Shown here: piece after piece, positions 35,658 to 43,941 of the stretch
Position numbering within the stretch: position 1 is the first letter of the stretch
Layout of the letters: the number at the start of each line of letters is the position of its first letter
Source: Patescibacteria group bacterium
GTDB lineage: Bacteria; Patescibacteriota; Saccharimonadia; Saccharimonadales; UBA4665
Assembly (NCBI GenBank): GCA_038064375.1
Contig: JBBTTF010000001.1
Span: 125,572-189,571, forward strand
Reading direction: 5' to 3'
Length of the DNA: 64,000 bases
Program-made: the position numbers and the translations under genes
Notes under the pieces: model-generated
Databases searched by the model: none
Told to the model about the DNA's origin: nothing
The model's input: the letters and a program-made list of their open reading frames with translations, nothing else

Positions 35658-36391
35658 AATCAGCAAAAACAAAAAAACGCCCACAACCCGTACTAAGTAT
35701 ATTGATACCGGTATATAACGAAGAGAACACACTCAATAAAATACTGACTAAAACTACTGACCTTAAAATTTCAAATTACGAAGTGATAATTGTAAACGAT
35801 GCCTCTTATGACAAGACAGCAAGCATTATAAAAAAATTTGCCAACTCATTTAAAAGCACCAACGTTAATCTATCTGTTTTCACGCACAAAATTAATAAGG
35901 GGAAAGGAGCAGCAATCAAGACTGCTTTGAAGCAAGCTAAAGGGGAATATTTTGTTATTCAGGACGCAGATTTGGAGTATGACCCAAAAGATATACAGCC
36001 CCTGTTAAATAGGGCAATTACAGACGATCTTCCTGCTGTTTATGGATCTCGCTTCCTCGGCACAATAAAGAATATGCCACGAGCAAATTACTTCGCAAAC
36101 AAGTTCTATAATTTTATGCTAAGGCGGCTCTATGATACTGACATCACAGACATGCACACTTGCTATAAATTGGTCAGGACTGATCTTATGAAAGAATTTA
36201 AGATGCAGTCAGAGGGGTTTGGGTATGCCACAGAATTAGTGAGCAGGCTGCTTAAAAGGAACGTAAATATTACAGATATGCCCATTAATTTTAATGGCAG
36301 AACAAAGAAGCAAGGCAAGAAAATTGGTGTCAAGGATGGCGTCGACTGCATATACATGATGTTTAAGTACAGGTTCAGCAAAAGCGCATGA
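35654..36391 (+). CDS. GT2-family polyprenol-phosphate glycosyltransferase (GtrB/CsbB/DPM1-like)
   Basis: The motifs are LSILIPVYNEENTL, VIIVNDASYDKT, NKGKGAAIK and QDADLEYDP. The protein is 245 aa. An ATGA overlap links it to the upstream methyltransferase gene. Confidence 0.82.
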   Translation: MKSAKTKKRPQPVLSILIPVYNEENTLNKILTKTTDLKISNYEVIIVNDASYDKTASIIKKFANSFKSTNVNLSVFTHKINKGKGAAIKTALKQAKGEYFVIQDADLEYDPKDIQPLLNRAITDDLPAVYGSRFLGTIKNMPRANYFANKFYNFMLRRLYDTDITDMHTCYKLVRTDLMKEFKMQSEGFGYATELVSRLLKRNVNITDMPINFNGRTKKQGKKIGVKDGVDCIYMMFKYRFSKSA

Positions 36392-36813
36392 AGGAGTACA
36401 TCTATGAAATTTACAGAGACAAGAACTTAACCATTAAGTTTGGCATTATTGGTGCCATTGGATTTGTATGTAACTTCATGGTTCTAAAAACCGCAACTGA
36501 TCAGCTAGACCTCAACAAGATTTTAGCAGAGCTGATTGCAGCGGCCATTGCTTTGCATGTAACTTTCCTACTGCATGACAAGTGGACTTATCGCATCAAC
36601 AAAACGGTACATAAATATCACCTCAAGTTTTCACAACGCTACAGAGCGTATCTTTTGAGCAATTCGTTCGCGTCTCTTTTAACAGTAATATTCTTTGCCA
36701 TTTTCTCGACATTCTTAAGTCATTTACCGGCACTTGCGCTAGCTGCGCTAGCAGGCCTTACATGGAACTTTTTCGTTAACAAAAAGATAATATGGCATCA
36801 CAAGCCTCACTAA
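36388..36813 (+). CDS. GtrA-family small membrane protein (putative lipid-linked sugar flippase)
   Basis: 141 aa with four TM helices. The motifs are FGIIGAIGFVCNFMVL and NFFVNKKIIW. An ATGA overlap links it to the GT2 gene. Confidence 0.75.
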   Translation: MKEYIYEIYRDKNLTIKFGIIGAIGFVCNFMVLKTATDQLDLNKILAELIAAAIALHVTFLLHDKWTYRINKTVHKYHLKFSQRYRAYLLSNSFASLLTVIFFAIFSTFLSHLPALALAALAGLTWNFFVNKKIIWHHKPH

Positions 36814-36829
36814 TCCGAGTAGTGACAGA

Positions 36830-38527
36830 CTAATTAACTGTTACGCCGAGCCAAGAATCTGCGTTCATGTTCCATGTATAGCCTGGAGCGCCCTCCACGA
36901 TTGGCTGGAAGTGCTCCTGATAGAATCCTGTCTGTGCTCCAGCCAAAGCAGTCAGAGGAAACTCGTACTGTACAATCTGACTAGGCTGAACCGTGTGCTG
37001 CGCGCTAGATAAAGTAACCCCGTCTGCTTGGTATACCTTACTAAAGGTTAGATTAGTGCGGTTAGAAGACGGCCAACCAGTGTTGAAGATGCTGACACGA
37101 TTAATTGGCCACCCAGTAGCCAGATGGACTGGGAGCTTGCCCGTTGGAACTGATATGTCATCAAACCACGGAGATCCTCCAACATTCTTAAATCTCAGAT
37201 ATGAATTTGCTGCAACGCCTCCGCGAGAAATAGTTGGGTATGCGCTTTGGCCGGCATATGCTGCTTTATACGATGGCTTGTGTACGCCAATATCGAGGTA
37301 TGCCCAGCCACCAAGATTCCACATGTATCCGGGAGCACCTTCAAGTATTGGCTGGAAGTATTCACGGTATACGCCCCCTGGGATGTTAGGATTGGCATAG
37401 ACGGTAAAAGCAAACTTAGCAATTTGTCCTGGCTGAACCGTGTGTTGCTCACTTGCTAATGTAACCCCGTCTGCTTCATAAACGGCTGAGAAAAAGCCTG
37501 TTGCTCGGTTTGAAGATAGCCACCCATTTGCCTTGAATGCCGAGTTTCGATTTATAGGGAAAGTGGAGGCAAAGTGAATCGGGGAGTACCCAGGAAAATT
37601 ACTAGCGTCATCTTTCCAGAATGAGGTACCGGTGTTTTTAAACATAAAGTATACGGATACGCCCACACCAGAATCAATTACAGGGTAGGCACTTTGCGAT
37701 ACGTATTGTGCAGAGAAGGAGGGATCATATGTTGACCCAAACCACTGGTTGAAGTAGTAGACAAACCAATAACTCCCTGAATAGTATTGTTGGGAGCTAC
37801 CTGGGTATACGTGTGGAGTGTAGCAGTATAAGGTTGCAGTCGCAGCATTTGGAATAACAAACTGTGCGTAAACATTGCCAGCATCGTCTTTGAAAGCGAC
37901 ATTGTTGCCTGCCTTTAGTGCGGCCGTGTAATATCTAGTGGCACCATTGCATGGATAGCTAGCAGGGGTGTAGCCCCAGTAGTTATTACCACTAGACAGT
38001 TCCATATCAACACGAAACTGCCATGTTCCATTGTCTACCTGATTAAAGAAACCTGGGTAACTGCAACTTCCAGAGTCAGGACAACCATAGCCCATGGCGT
38101 ACGTTATTTGTGACGCAATGGGGTTCGGAGTGGTAACCAGAGATTGTTCTTTTTGCAAAGTAGCTAAAATCACACGCGGGTTTATGCCGTATGCACGCGC
38201 TGAGTCATAAATGATCTTTGCAGCACTAACTCTACTGCCGCAAGAGTAATAAGTAGCATAGAATGCATAATGAGTGCCCGAAGGACTGCCGCAATCTTCA
38301 ATTTCGGTGAAGCTTGCAAGGCCGCTACCCTTGCTTTGCAAAAAAGCTTGAATATCAGCCGCGCTCATAGTAGAGGCATCTCTCATGACACCGTTATCTA
38401 TTAGGTGGTCAGAATACTGAGATGGCGTTGCAGCACTAGCCAACGGCGCACCAATAAACGAAAAAGCCAAAAGCATCAGCAATGTACCGGAGCCAACCAT
38501 GCTAATTTTTTTAAAAAGATTATTCAT
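36830..38527 (-). CDS. secreted protein: Cys-rich N-domain (possibly lysozyme-like) plus two tandem ~144-aa beta-rich repeats
   Basis: The signal peptide is LLMLLAFSFIGAPLASA. The N-domain contains INPRVILATLQKEQSLV (a possible E-x-S glycosidase motif) and six Cys. Repeats at aa 272-415 and 421-564 align residue for residue. The functional call is weak. Confidence 0.35.
   Translation of the reverse strand: MNNLFKKISMVGSGTLLMLLAFSFIGAPLASAATPSQYSDHLIDNGVMRDASTMSAADIQAFLQSKGSGLASFTEIEDCGSPSGTHYAFYATYYSCGSRVSAAKIIYDSARAYGINPRVILATLQKEQSLVTTPNPIASQITYAMGYGCPDSGSCSYPGFFNQVDNGTWQFRVDMELSSGNNYWGYTPASYPCNGATRYYTAALKAGNNVAFKDDAGNVYAQFVIPNAATATLYCYTPHVYPGSSQQYYSGSYWFVYYFNQWFGSTYDPSFSAQYVSQSAYPVIDSGVGVSVYFMFKNTGTSFWKDDASNFPGYSPIHFASTFPINRNSAFKANGWLSSNRATGFFSAVYEADGVTLASEQHTVQPGQIAKFAFTVYANPNIPGGVYREYFQPILEGAPGYMWNLGGWAYLDIGVHKPSYKAAYAGQSAYPTISRGGVAANSYLRFKNVGGSPWFDDISVPTGKLPVHLATGWPINRVSIFNTGWPSSNRTNLTFSKVYQADGVTLSSAQHTVQPSQIVQYEFPLTALAGAQTGFYQEHFQPIVEGAPGYTWNMNADSWLGVTVN
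36836..37714 (-). repeat. tandem intragenic duplication (2 x ~432 nt, encoding two ~144-aa domains)
   Basis: Copy A (37283..37714) reads SAQYVSQSAYPVIDSG...HTVQPGQIAKFAF...YREYFQPILEGAPGYMWNLGGWAYLDIGV. Copy B (36836..37267) reads KAAYAGQSAYPTISRG...HTVQPSQIVQYEF...YQEHFQPIVEGAPGYTWNMNADSWLGVTV. Confidence 0.85.
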
Positions 38528-39078
38528 TAAAACTTGATCGCTATCTGCACTTCATTAATTTCATTACCAGACGCACTAATACTGAAAACATCGAGACGCC
38601 CACTACTGCCTTTTGGGCTGAAGCCAAGCGCTACCGAATACTTACCATTGCTTACATCGATGATGCCTTGTGATATTACCCCAGAAGAATCATCAATAAG
38701 CCGATACTGTATTTGACCTACAGAAGCGGTACCGCTAAGCGTGGCGCCTGACTTTATTGTTTGATCTTTTATTGGTTGCTGAACAACGATAACGCCTGAT
38801 TCAGAGCTGATCCACTGATTTGGCTTCGTTGTTACTGCCTGAGGATTCTGGTTTGGTGTCGCAGTCCCTTGATTGTTTGAGGCAGCTCCAGACAGCTCCT
38901 TCTCCCCAGTATTTGTGGTGGCTGCCGGCAATTTTTTAATTGTTGCAACGGGTGTTTTTTGTTTCGGTACAGGGTCGCGGTTGACCCATGAGTAAACACC
39001 AACTCCTACTAAAACGACTACGACAGCGCCCAGAAAGAGCCGTTGACGATTTGACAGGGAGCGTTTTTTCGTGACCAT
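38527..39078 (-). CDS. membrane-anchored protein with Ig-like (Gmad2-like) domain, unknown function
   Basis: An N-terminal TM helix (LFLGAVVVVLVGVGVYSWV) is followed by a low-complexity linker and then a beta domain, VVQQPIKDQTIKSGATLSGTASVGQIQYRLIDDSSGVISQG. A TAATG overlap links it to the downstream secreted-protein gene. Confidence 0.45.
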   Translation of the reverse strand: MVTKKRSLSNRQRLFLGAVVVVLVGVGVYSWVNRDPVPKQKTPVATIKKLPAATTNTGEKELSGAASNNQGTATPNQNPQAVTTKPNQWISSESGVIVVQQPIKDQTIKSGATLSGTASVGQIQYRLIDDSSGVISQGIIDVSNGKYSVALGFSPKGSSGRLDVFSISASGNEINEVQIAIKF

Positions 39079-39180
39079 ACTTCTATTTTAACAATTTGTA
39101 TATAAATAGTATCACCCAACAGGACAATATTCAAGATAACAACATTCAAATATGTAGCTTTTTTGGTATCATAGAAGACA

Positions 39181-40218
39181 ATGATATTAGTAATTATAGC
39201 CGGAGGGTCCGGATCGCGCCTCTGGCCGCTTTCTACACCCGAGTACCCTAAGCACTTGCTGAAGATTAATGGCGACTCGCGGTCGCTGTTACAGAAGACT
39301 TATGACCGTGCCCGCAGCCTGACCGACAAGATCTACATCGTCTCTGATAGCAGTCACATCCAGCACGTTAAAGAGCAGCTGTCAGAACTACCTGACGACG
39401 CCTTCATCGTCGAACCAGCCAGAAGAGGCACCGCTAACTGTATTGTCGCTGCCCTTGGCTACATCAGCAAAAAGCATGATAACGATGAGCCTATTGCCTC
39501 AATCCACGCCGACCACTACATCCGTGATCTAGAGGGCTTTAAGCATAGCTTTAAGATAGCCAATCAAATCTCCGAGCAAGAAGGTAAGATTGTTCTTGTT
39601 GGTATTGAGCCTGATCACCCAGCCACCGGCTTTGGTTATATTCAGAAGGGCGCACCTGCCGATGATTCCAGCCTTGTTTACGAAGTAAAGTCGTTCAAAG
39701 AGAAGCCTGACGCCGATGTAGCCCAAGAGTATTACACCAGCGGCAACTACTTATGGAACTCCGGCTTCTTTGTTGGCTCAGTCAATACATTCAAGCAAAA
39801 GATGGAAGCCTTTGCTCCCGATCTACTGGCTAACTACGACAAGCTTGTGTCTGCCCCCGACGACCAATACCAAGACACCTACCTCGGCCTAACCAGTGAA
39901 GCCATCGACTACGCACTAATAGAAAAGGTAGAGGATCTGCTAGTAGTCCCAGCCTCGTTTGACTGGATGGACCTAGGCTCGTTTAGCGATCTGCACAAGG
40001 CAGTTGGTGGCGATGAGCAAGGCAATCACACAGAAGGCAACGTCGAACTAGAAGCCGTCAGCAACTCCTTAGTCCACAACCAAGAGGACAAGCCAATCGC
40101 TGTCATTGGACTAGACAATGTGGTGGTCGTTAACACCCCACAAGGCCTACTAATCACCCGCAAAGATATGTCGCAAAAAGTCGGCGACGTTAGTAAACGA
40201 ATAGGAGAAAAATCTTGA
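39181..40218 (+). CDS. manC: mannose-1-phosphate guanylyltransferase
   Basis: The motifs are MILVIIAGGSGSRLWPLS and GFGYI. The protein is 345 aa and consists of the nucleotidyltransferase domain only. Confidence 0.88.
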   Translation: MILVIIAGGSGSRLWPLSTPEYPKHLLKINGDSRSLLQKTYDRARSLTDKIYIVSDSSHIQHVKEQLSELPDDAFIVEPARRGTANCIVAALGYISKKHDNDEPIASIHADHYIRDLEGFKHSFKIANQISEQEGKIVLVGIEPDHPATGFGYIQKGAPADDSSLVYEVKSFKEKPDADVAQEYYTSGNYLWNSGFFVGSVNTFKQKMEAFAPDLLANYDKLVSAPDDQYQDTYLGLTSEAIDYALIEKVEDLLVVPASFDWMDLGSFSDLHKAVGGDEQGNHTEGNVELEAVSNSLVHNQEDKPIAVIGLDNVVVVNTPQGLLITRKDMSQKVGDVSKRIGEKS

Positions 40219-40988
40219 AGAAACTAATCGCCTTTGATCTCGATGGAACCCTAGCCGACAGCAAATCTCCACCCGATGACCGCATGACCGAGCTACTCGC
40301 TCAGTTGCTGACTAAGTTTGAGGTCTGCGTGATTTCTGGAGGCAAGTTTGAGCAGTTTAAGAAGCAGCTTTTGAATGGCCTGCAAGCGACTCCAACCCAA
40401 CTAGAGAGCCTTCACCTAATGCCAACCTGCGGCACGCAGTATTATCGCTACGACATTGGCAAAGATGATTGGCACCAGATCTACGCCGAGAATCTAACTG
40501 AGCCCGAGAAGAAACAAATTGTTGACGCTCTCAACAAAGGTTTTGACCACTTTGGTATCAAAGAGAAGGAAACCTACGGCGAGATTATCGAAGACCGTGG
40601 CTCACAGATCACCTACTCGGTCCTAGGGCAGGATATTGTTGATGTTCTTGGCAAAGAAGGCGTTAAGCGCAAAGAAGAATGGGATCCCGACAACTCCAAG
40701 AAGCTGGCCGTTAGGGATTATGTAGCTGACCTGATACCTGACTTTGAAGTTCGTGCCGGCGGCGTCACATCTATCGACGTAACCAAGCAAGGCATCGACA
40801 AAGCCTACGGTATGCGTAAGCTAATGGAAATGCTCGAGATCGGCAAAGACGACATCTTGTTTGTCGGTGACCGCTTGCAAGAAGGCGGCAACGACTACCC
40901 AGTCAAAGCCTACGGCATCGACAGTCTAGAAATCTCTCGCTGGCAGGACACGGCGATTGCCGTTCAGGCTATTTTGCACGTGGCTTAA
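40215..40988 (+). CDS. HAD-IIB hydrolase, eukaryote-type phosphomannomutase-like
   Basis: The TTG start lies 7 nt after AGGAG and overlaps the manC stop (TTGA). The motifs are IAFDLDGTLADS, VISGGKFEQF and FVGDRLQEGGNDYPV, which compare with FFGDKTMPGGNDHEI in human PMM2 as I recall it. The protein is 257 aa. Confidence 0.6.
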   Translation: MKKLIAFDLDGTLADSKSPPDDRMTELLAQLLTKFEVCVISGGKFEQFKKQLLNGLQATPTQLESLHLMPTCGTQYYRYDIGKDDWHQIYAENLTEPEKKQIVDALNKGFDHFGIKEKETYGEIIEDRGSQITYSVLGQDIVDVLGKEGVKRKEEWDPDNSKKLAVRDYVADLIPDFEVRAGGVTSIDVTKQGIDKAYGMRKLMEMLEIGKDDILFVGDRLQEGGNDYPVKAYGIDSLEISRWQDTAIAVQAILHVA

Positions 40989-41003
40989 AGCGCCACAAAG
41001 GAC

Positions 41004-42830
41004 TTATTCGACAGTAACAGATTTAGCCAAGTTGCGAGGGCGGTCTACATCGTAACCGCGCTTCATAGCGATGTAGTAGGCGAATAGTTGAGTCACGATG
41101 GCTTGCAGTATGGGCTGAGTCTCAAGCGCTGTCGCAGGAATATAAATCACGTCGTCACAGAACTTGGCAATCTCGGTGTTGCCCTCTGTCGCGATAGCAA
41201 CAACTGGACCTTTGCGAGCGCGAACTTCTTGAATGTTTGAGTAAGTCTTCTCGAGTAGCGGTGAGTCAGTAGCAATAGCGAAGGTTGGGAAGTTCTCGTC
41301 GATCATGGCTAGCGGGCCGTGCTTCATCTCGCCAGCGGCATAGCCCTCAGCGTGCATGTAGGAGACTTCTTTGAGCTTTAGAGCACCCTCAAGAGCTGAC
41401 GGGAAGGCGTTGTGACGGCCGATGAATAGGAAGTCACGGTAATCAGCGTACTTCTCGGCGATTTTCTTGATGTCTTCGGCACTGTCTAGGACTGCTTGAG
41501 CCTTTGCTGGCAACTCCGACAGCTCCTCTAGGATTGGCTTAAAGCGTTTGCTCTTGCCATTGTTGAGGTGAAGTGCGATCTCAGCAAGTACAGTAACTTG
41601 GGCGATAAAGGCCTTGGTGCTGGCGACGGCGCGCTCAGGACCAGCGTGACAGTAGACACCAGCGTCAGTCATACGGGCAATCGTGCTACCTACGGAGTTA
41701 ACAATACCCAGTCTCAGGACACCGTAGTCTTCTACTTTCTTGAGTGCTGCAATCGTGTCGGCTGTTTCGCCAGATTGAGATATGGCAATAAGTGCCGTGC
41801 TACGTGAGAAAGGTTCGCTACGGTACTTAAACTCGCTAGCCAAGTGGACTTCGACAGGGATGCCAGCTAGTTCCTCGATCAAGTATTCGCCAACTAGGCC
41901 GGCGTAATAGGATGTGCCGCAGGCGACGATAACGATACGGTCGATGTACTTGAGCTGACCTAGGACGTTTTCTAGTCCACCGAGCTTGACGATGTTCTGA
42001 TCGGGGAGGGCGCGACCTAGAGTGGCAGAGCGAATGGTGATCGGCGCCTCAAAGATCTCTTTGAGCATAAAGTTGGGGTAATCACCAAGGACGGCCTCAA
42101 CGTTGTCATAGTCCAGAAGTTCGGCCTCTGGCGTCTCACGTTGTTTATCCTTGAGGTTGTGAATAACGACGTTGTCCTTGGTGATGACTGCGATGTCGTA
42201 ATCTTCTAGGTAGATGACCTTTTTGGTGTGTTCCATGATGGCTGAGCTGTCAGAAGCTAAAATGTTCTCGCCCTTGCCAACACCAACTACCAATGGGCTT
42301 GAGAGGCGCGCTGCGTACAGTGTGTCGGGCTCTAGGGCATAAATGGCAGCAATGGCGTAGGCGCCGCGGACATCGCCCAGAGCAGTCGCAAAGGCCTCCT
42401 CAAAAGAAGGCAACTGCTTGAGATAATAATCGATCAGGTTAGGCATGACCTCAGTGTCGGTCTCGGAGATGAACTTGTAGCCTTCTTTTTGCAGCTTGTC
42501 ACGGAGCTCGGCGAAGTTCTCGATAATACCGTTGTGAACCACCGAAATGGTTTGTGCCTCGTTAGTTTGCGGGTGTGCATTGATGCTAGTTGGTGATCCG
42601 TGAGTTGCCCAACGAGTGTGGCCAATTACCAGGTTAGAATCGGCCTTTTGAGCCTCAACAGTCTTAACTAGACCACTGACGCGACCAGCTTGCTTAATAA
42701 CTTGGTTCTTGCCGTTCTCGCAGAGGGCAATACCGGCGGAGTCATAGCCACGGTACTCTAAAGCCTCGAGACCTTGTAAAACAACGTCTGCACCAGATTT
42801 GTTACCGATATAACCGACGATTCCGCACAT
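41004..42830 (-). CDS. glmS: glutamine--fructose-6-phosphate aminotransferase
   Basis: The start MCGIVGYIG is followed by two SIS domains, and the protein ends in VTVE. It is 608 aa. Confidence 0.96.
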   Translation of the reverse strand: MCGIVGYIGNKSGADVVLQGLEALEYRGYDSAGIALCENGKNQVIKQAGRVSGLVKTVEAQKADSNLVIGHTRWATHGSPTSINAHPQTNEAQTISVVHNGIIENFAELRDKLQKEGYKFISETDTEVMPNLIDYYLKQLPSFEEAFATALGDVRGAYAIAAIYALEPDTLYAARLSSPLVVGVGKGENILASDSSAIMEHTKKVIYLEDYDIAVITKDNVVIHNLKDKQRETPEAELLDYDNVEAVLGDYPNFMLKEIFEAPITIRSATLGRALPDQNIVKLGGLENVLGQLKYIDRIVIVACGTSYYAGLVGEYLIEELAGIPVEVHLASEFKYRSEPFSRSTALIAISQSGETADTIAALKKVEDYGVLRLGIVNSVGSTIARMTDAGVYCHAGPERAVASTKAFIAQVTVLAEIALHLNNGKSKRFKPILEELSELPAKAQAVLDSAEDIKKIAEKYADYRDFLFIGRHNAFPSALEGALKLKEVSYMHAEGYAAGEMKHGPLAMIDENFPTFAIATDSPLLEKTYSNIQEVRARKGPVVAIATEGNTEIAKFCDDVIYIPATALETQPILQAIVTQLFAYYIAMKRGYDVDRPRNLAKSVTVE

Positions 42831-42831
42831 T

Positions 42832-43941
42832 CTAGCTATTTGACCTTTCTGATGTACATTCTTTGATATAGTTTAGCATATTTTGCTTAAATGTCAATAC
42901 TGAGAACTGTTTGGCGTGCTCTGAAATGGCGTCGTAATTGAAGGATTTGGTCGTTGCTACCTCAAGAACTGAGGTCAAAGCTTTGACAGTTTGCTTCTCA
43001 AAGAACAATCCAGTCTTGCCCTCGATGACGTAATCCAAAGCACCACCTTTATTATAGGCTATAACAGGAGTGCTGGCAGCCATTGCCTCGATCGCCACAA
43101 TGCCAAAATCGTCCATATTAGGCATGATAAAGCCGAGTGCCGACTGAAAATGATCAACAATCTCACTGTCATTAACGTTGGTCAAGAAGGTGGTGCCACG
43201 ACCAGCCATCTTTTCGAGGCGTTTGTGATCCGGTCCGTCGCCGATAACTATCAAAGGCACACTAAGCTTGTCACAGGCCTCAATCGCCAGATCAAACCGC
43301 TTGTACGGCGTCTGACGGCCAGCTACAACGAAGCCGTGCCTTAGTGGAGCCTTGTTGCTCGGCTTAAAGCGGTCAATCTCAACCGGCGGGAAGATAACAG
43401 TCGAATCGCGCTTATAGAAGCGCTTAATCATGGCTTGGGTGTGAGTTGAATTGGCAATAATGTAATCCGGTTGCTTGGCGGCATGGCGGTCCCAGCGCTT
43501 AAGCGGGCCAACGAGCAGCTTGAGGCCGAGTCTGGCTAGCCAGTTGAGCCCTCTCGGGAAGCCAGGATTCTCCAGATATTCGTCGTGTCTGATCCAATAA
43601 TAGTGAGTTGGAGAGTGACAATAACAGATATGAGTGGTGTTTTTGCCGGTTTTGACGCCTTTGGCTTCGGCGCCGCTGGAGGATATTACCAAATCGTACT
43701 CGCTGAGGTCGAGGCGGCTAAAAGTCCATGCTCTGAGCATTGGCAGGAACTTTTTGAGACTGGTTGGCAGCTTTTGCAGCCACGAGGTGCGGATATCGGC
43801 ATCCTCAAACCAGCTAAGCTTGCTGGGGTCGTATTGAGAGGTGTAGATTGGGGCGTCTGGATACATTTTGTGAAGCTCCAGAACTACTCGCTCGGCCCCG
43901 CCGATGCCTGTTAGCCAATCGCAAACTATGGCGACTTTCAT
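42832..43941 (-). CDS. GT4-family glycosyltransferase
   Basis: The ATG at 43941 (MKVAIVCDWLTGIGGAERVV) forms an ATGA overlap with the stop of the upstream sugar transferase. Another motif is NMDDFGIVAIEAMAASTPVIA. The 11-codon extension in the track ORF is unlikely to be translated. Confidence 0.8.
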   Translation of the reverse strand: MKVAIVCDWLTGIGGAERVVLELHKMYPDAPIYTSQYDPSKLSWFEDADIRTSWLQKLPTSLKKFLPMLRAWTFSRLDLSEYDLVISSSGAEAKGVKTGKNTTHICYCHSPTHYYWIRHDEYLENPGFPRGLNWLARLGLKLLVGPLKRWDRHAAKQPDYIIANSTHTQAMIKRFYKRDSTVIFPPVEIDRFKPSNKAPLRHGFVVAGRQTPYKRFDLAIEACDKLSVPLIVIGDGPDHKRLEKMAGRGTTFLTNVNDSEIVDHFQSALGFIMPNMDDFGIVAIEAMAASTPVIAYNKGGALDYVIEGKTGLFFEKQTVKALTSVLEVATTKSFNYDAISEHAKQFSVLTFKQNMLNYIKECTSERSNS

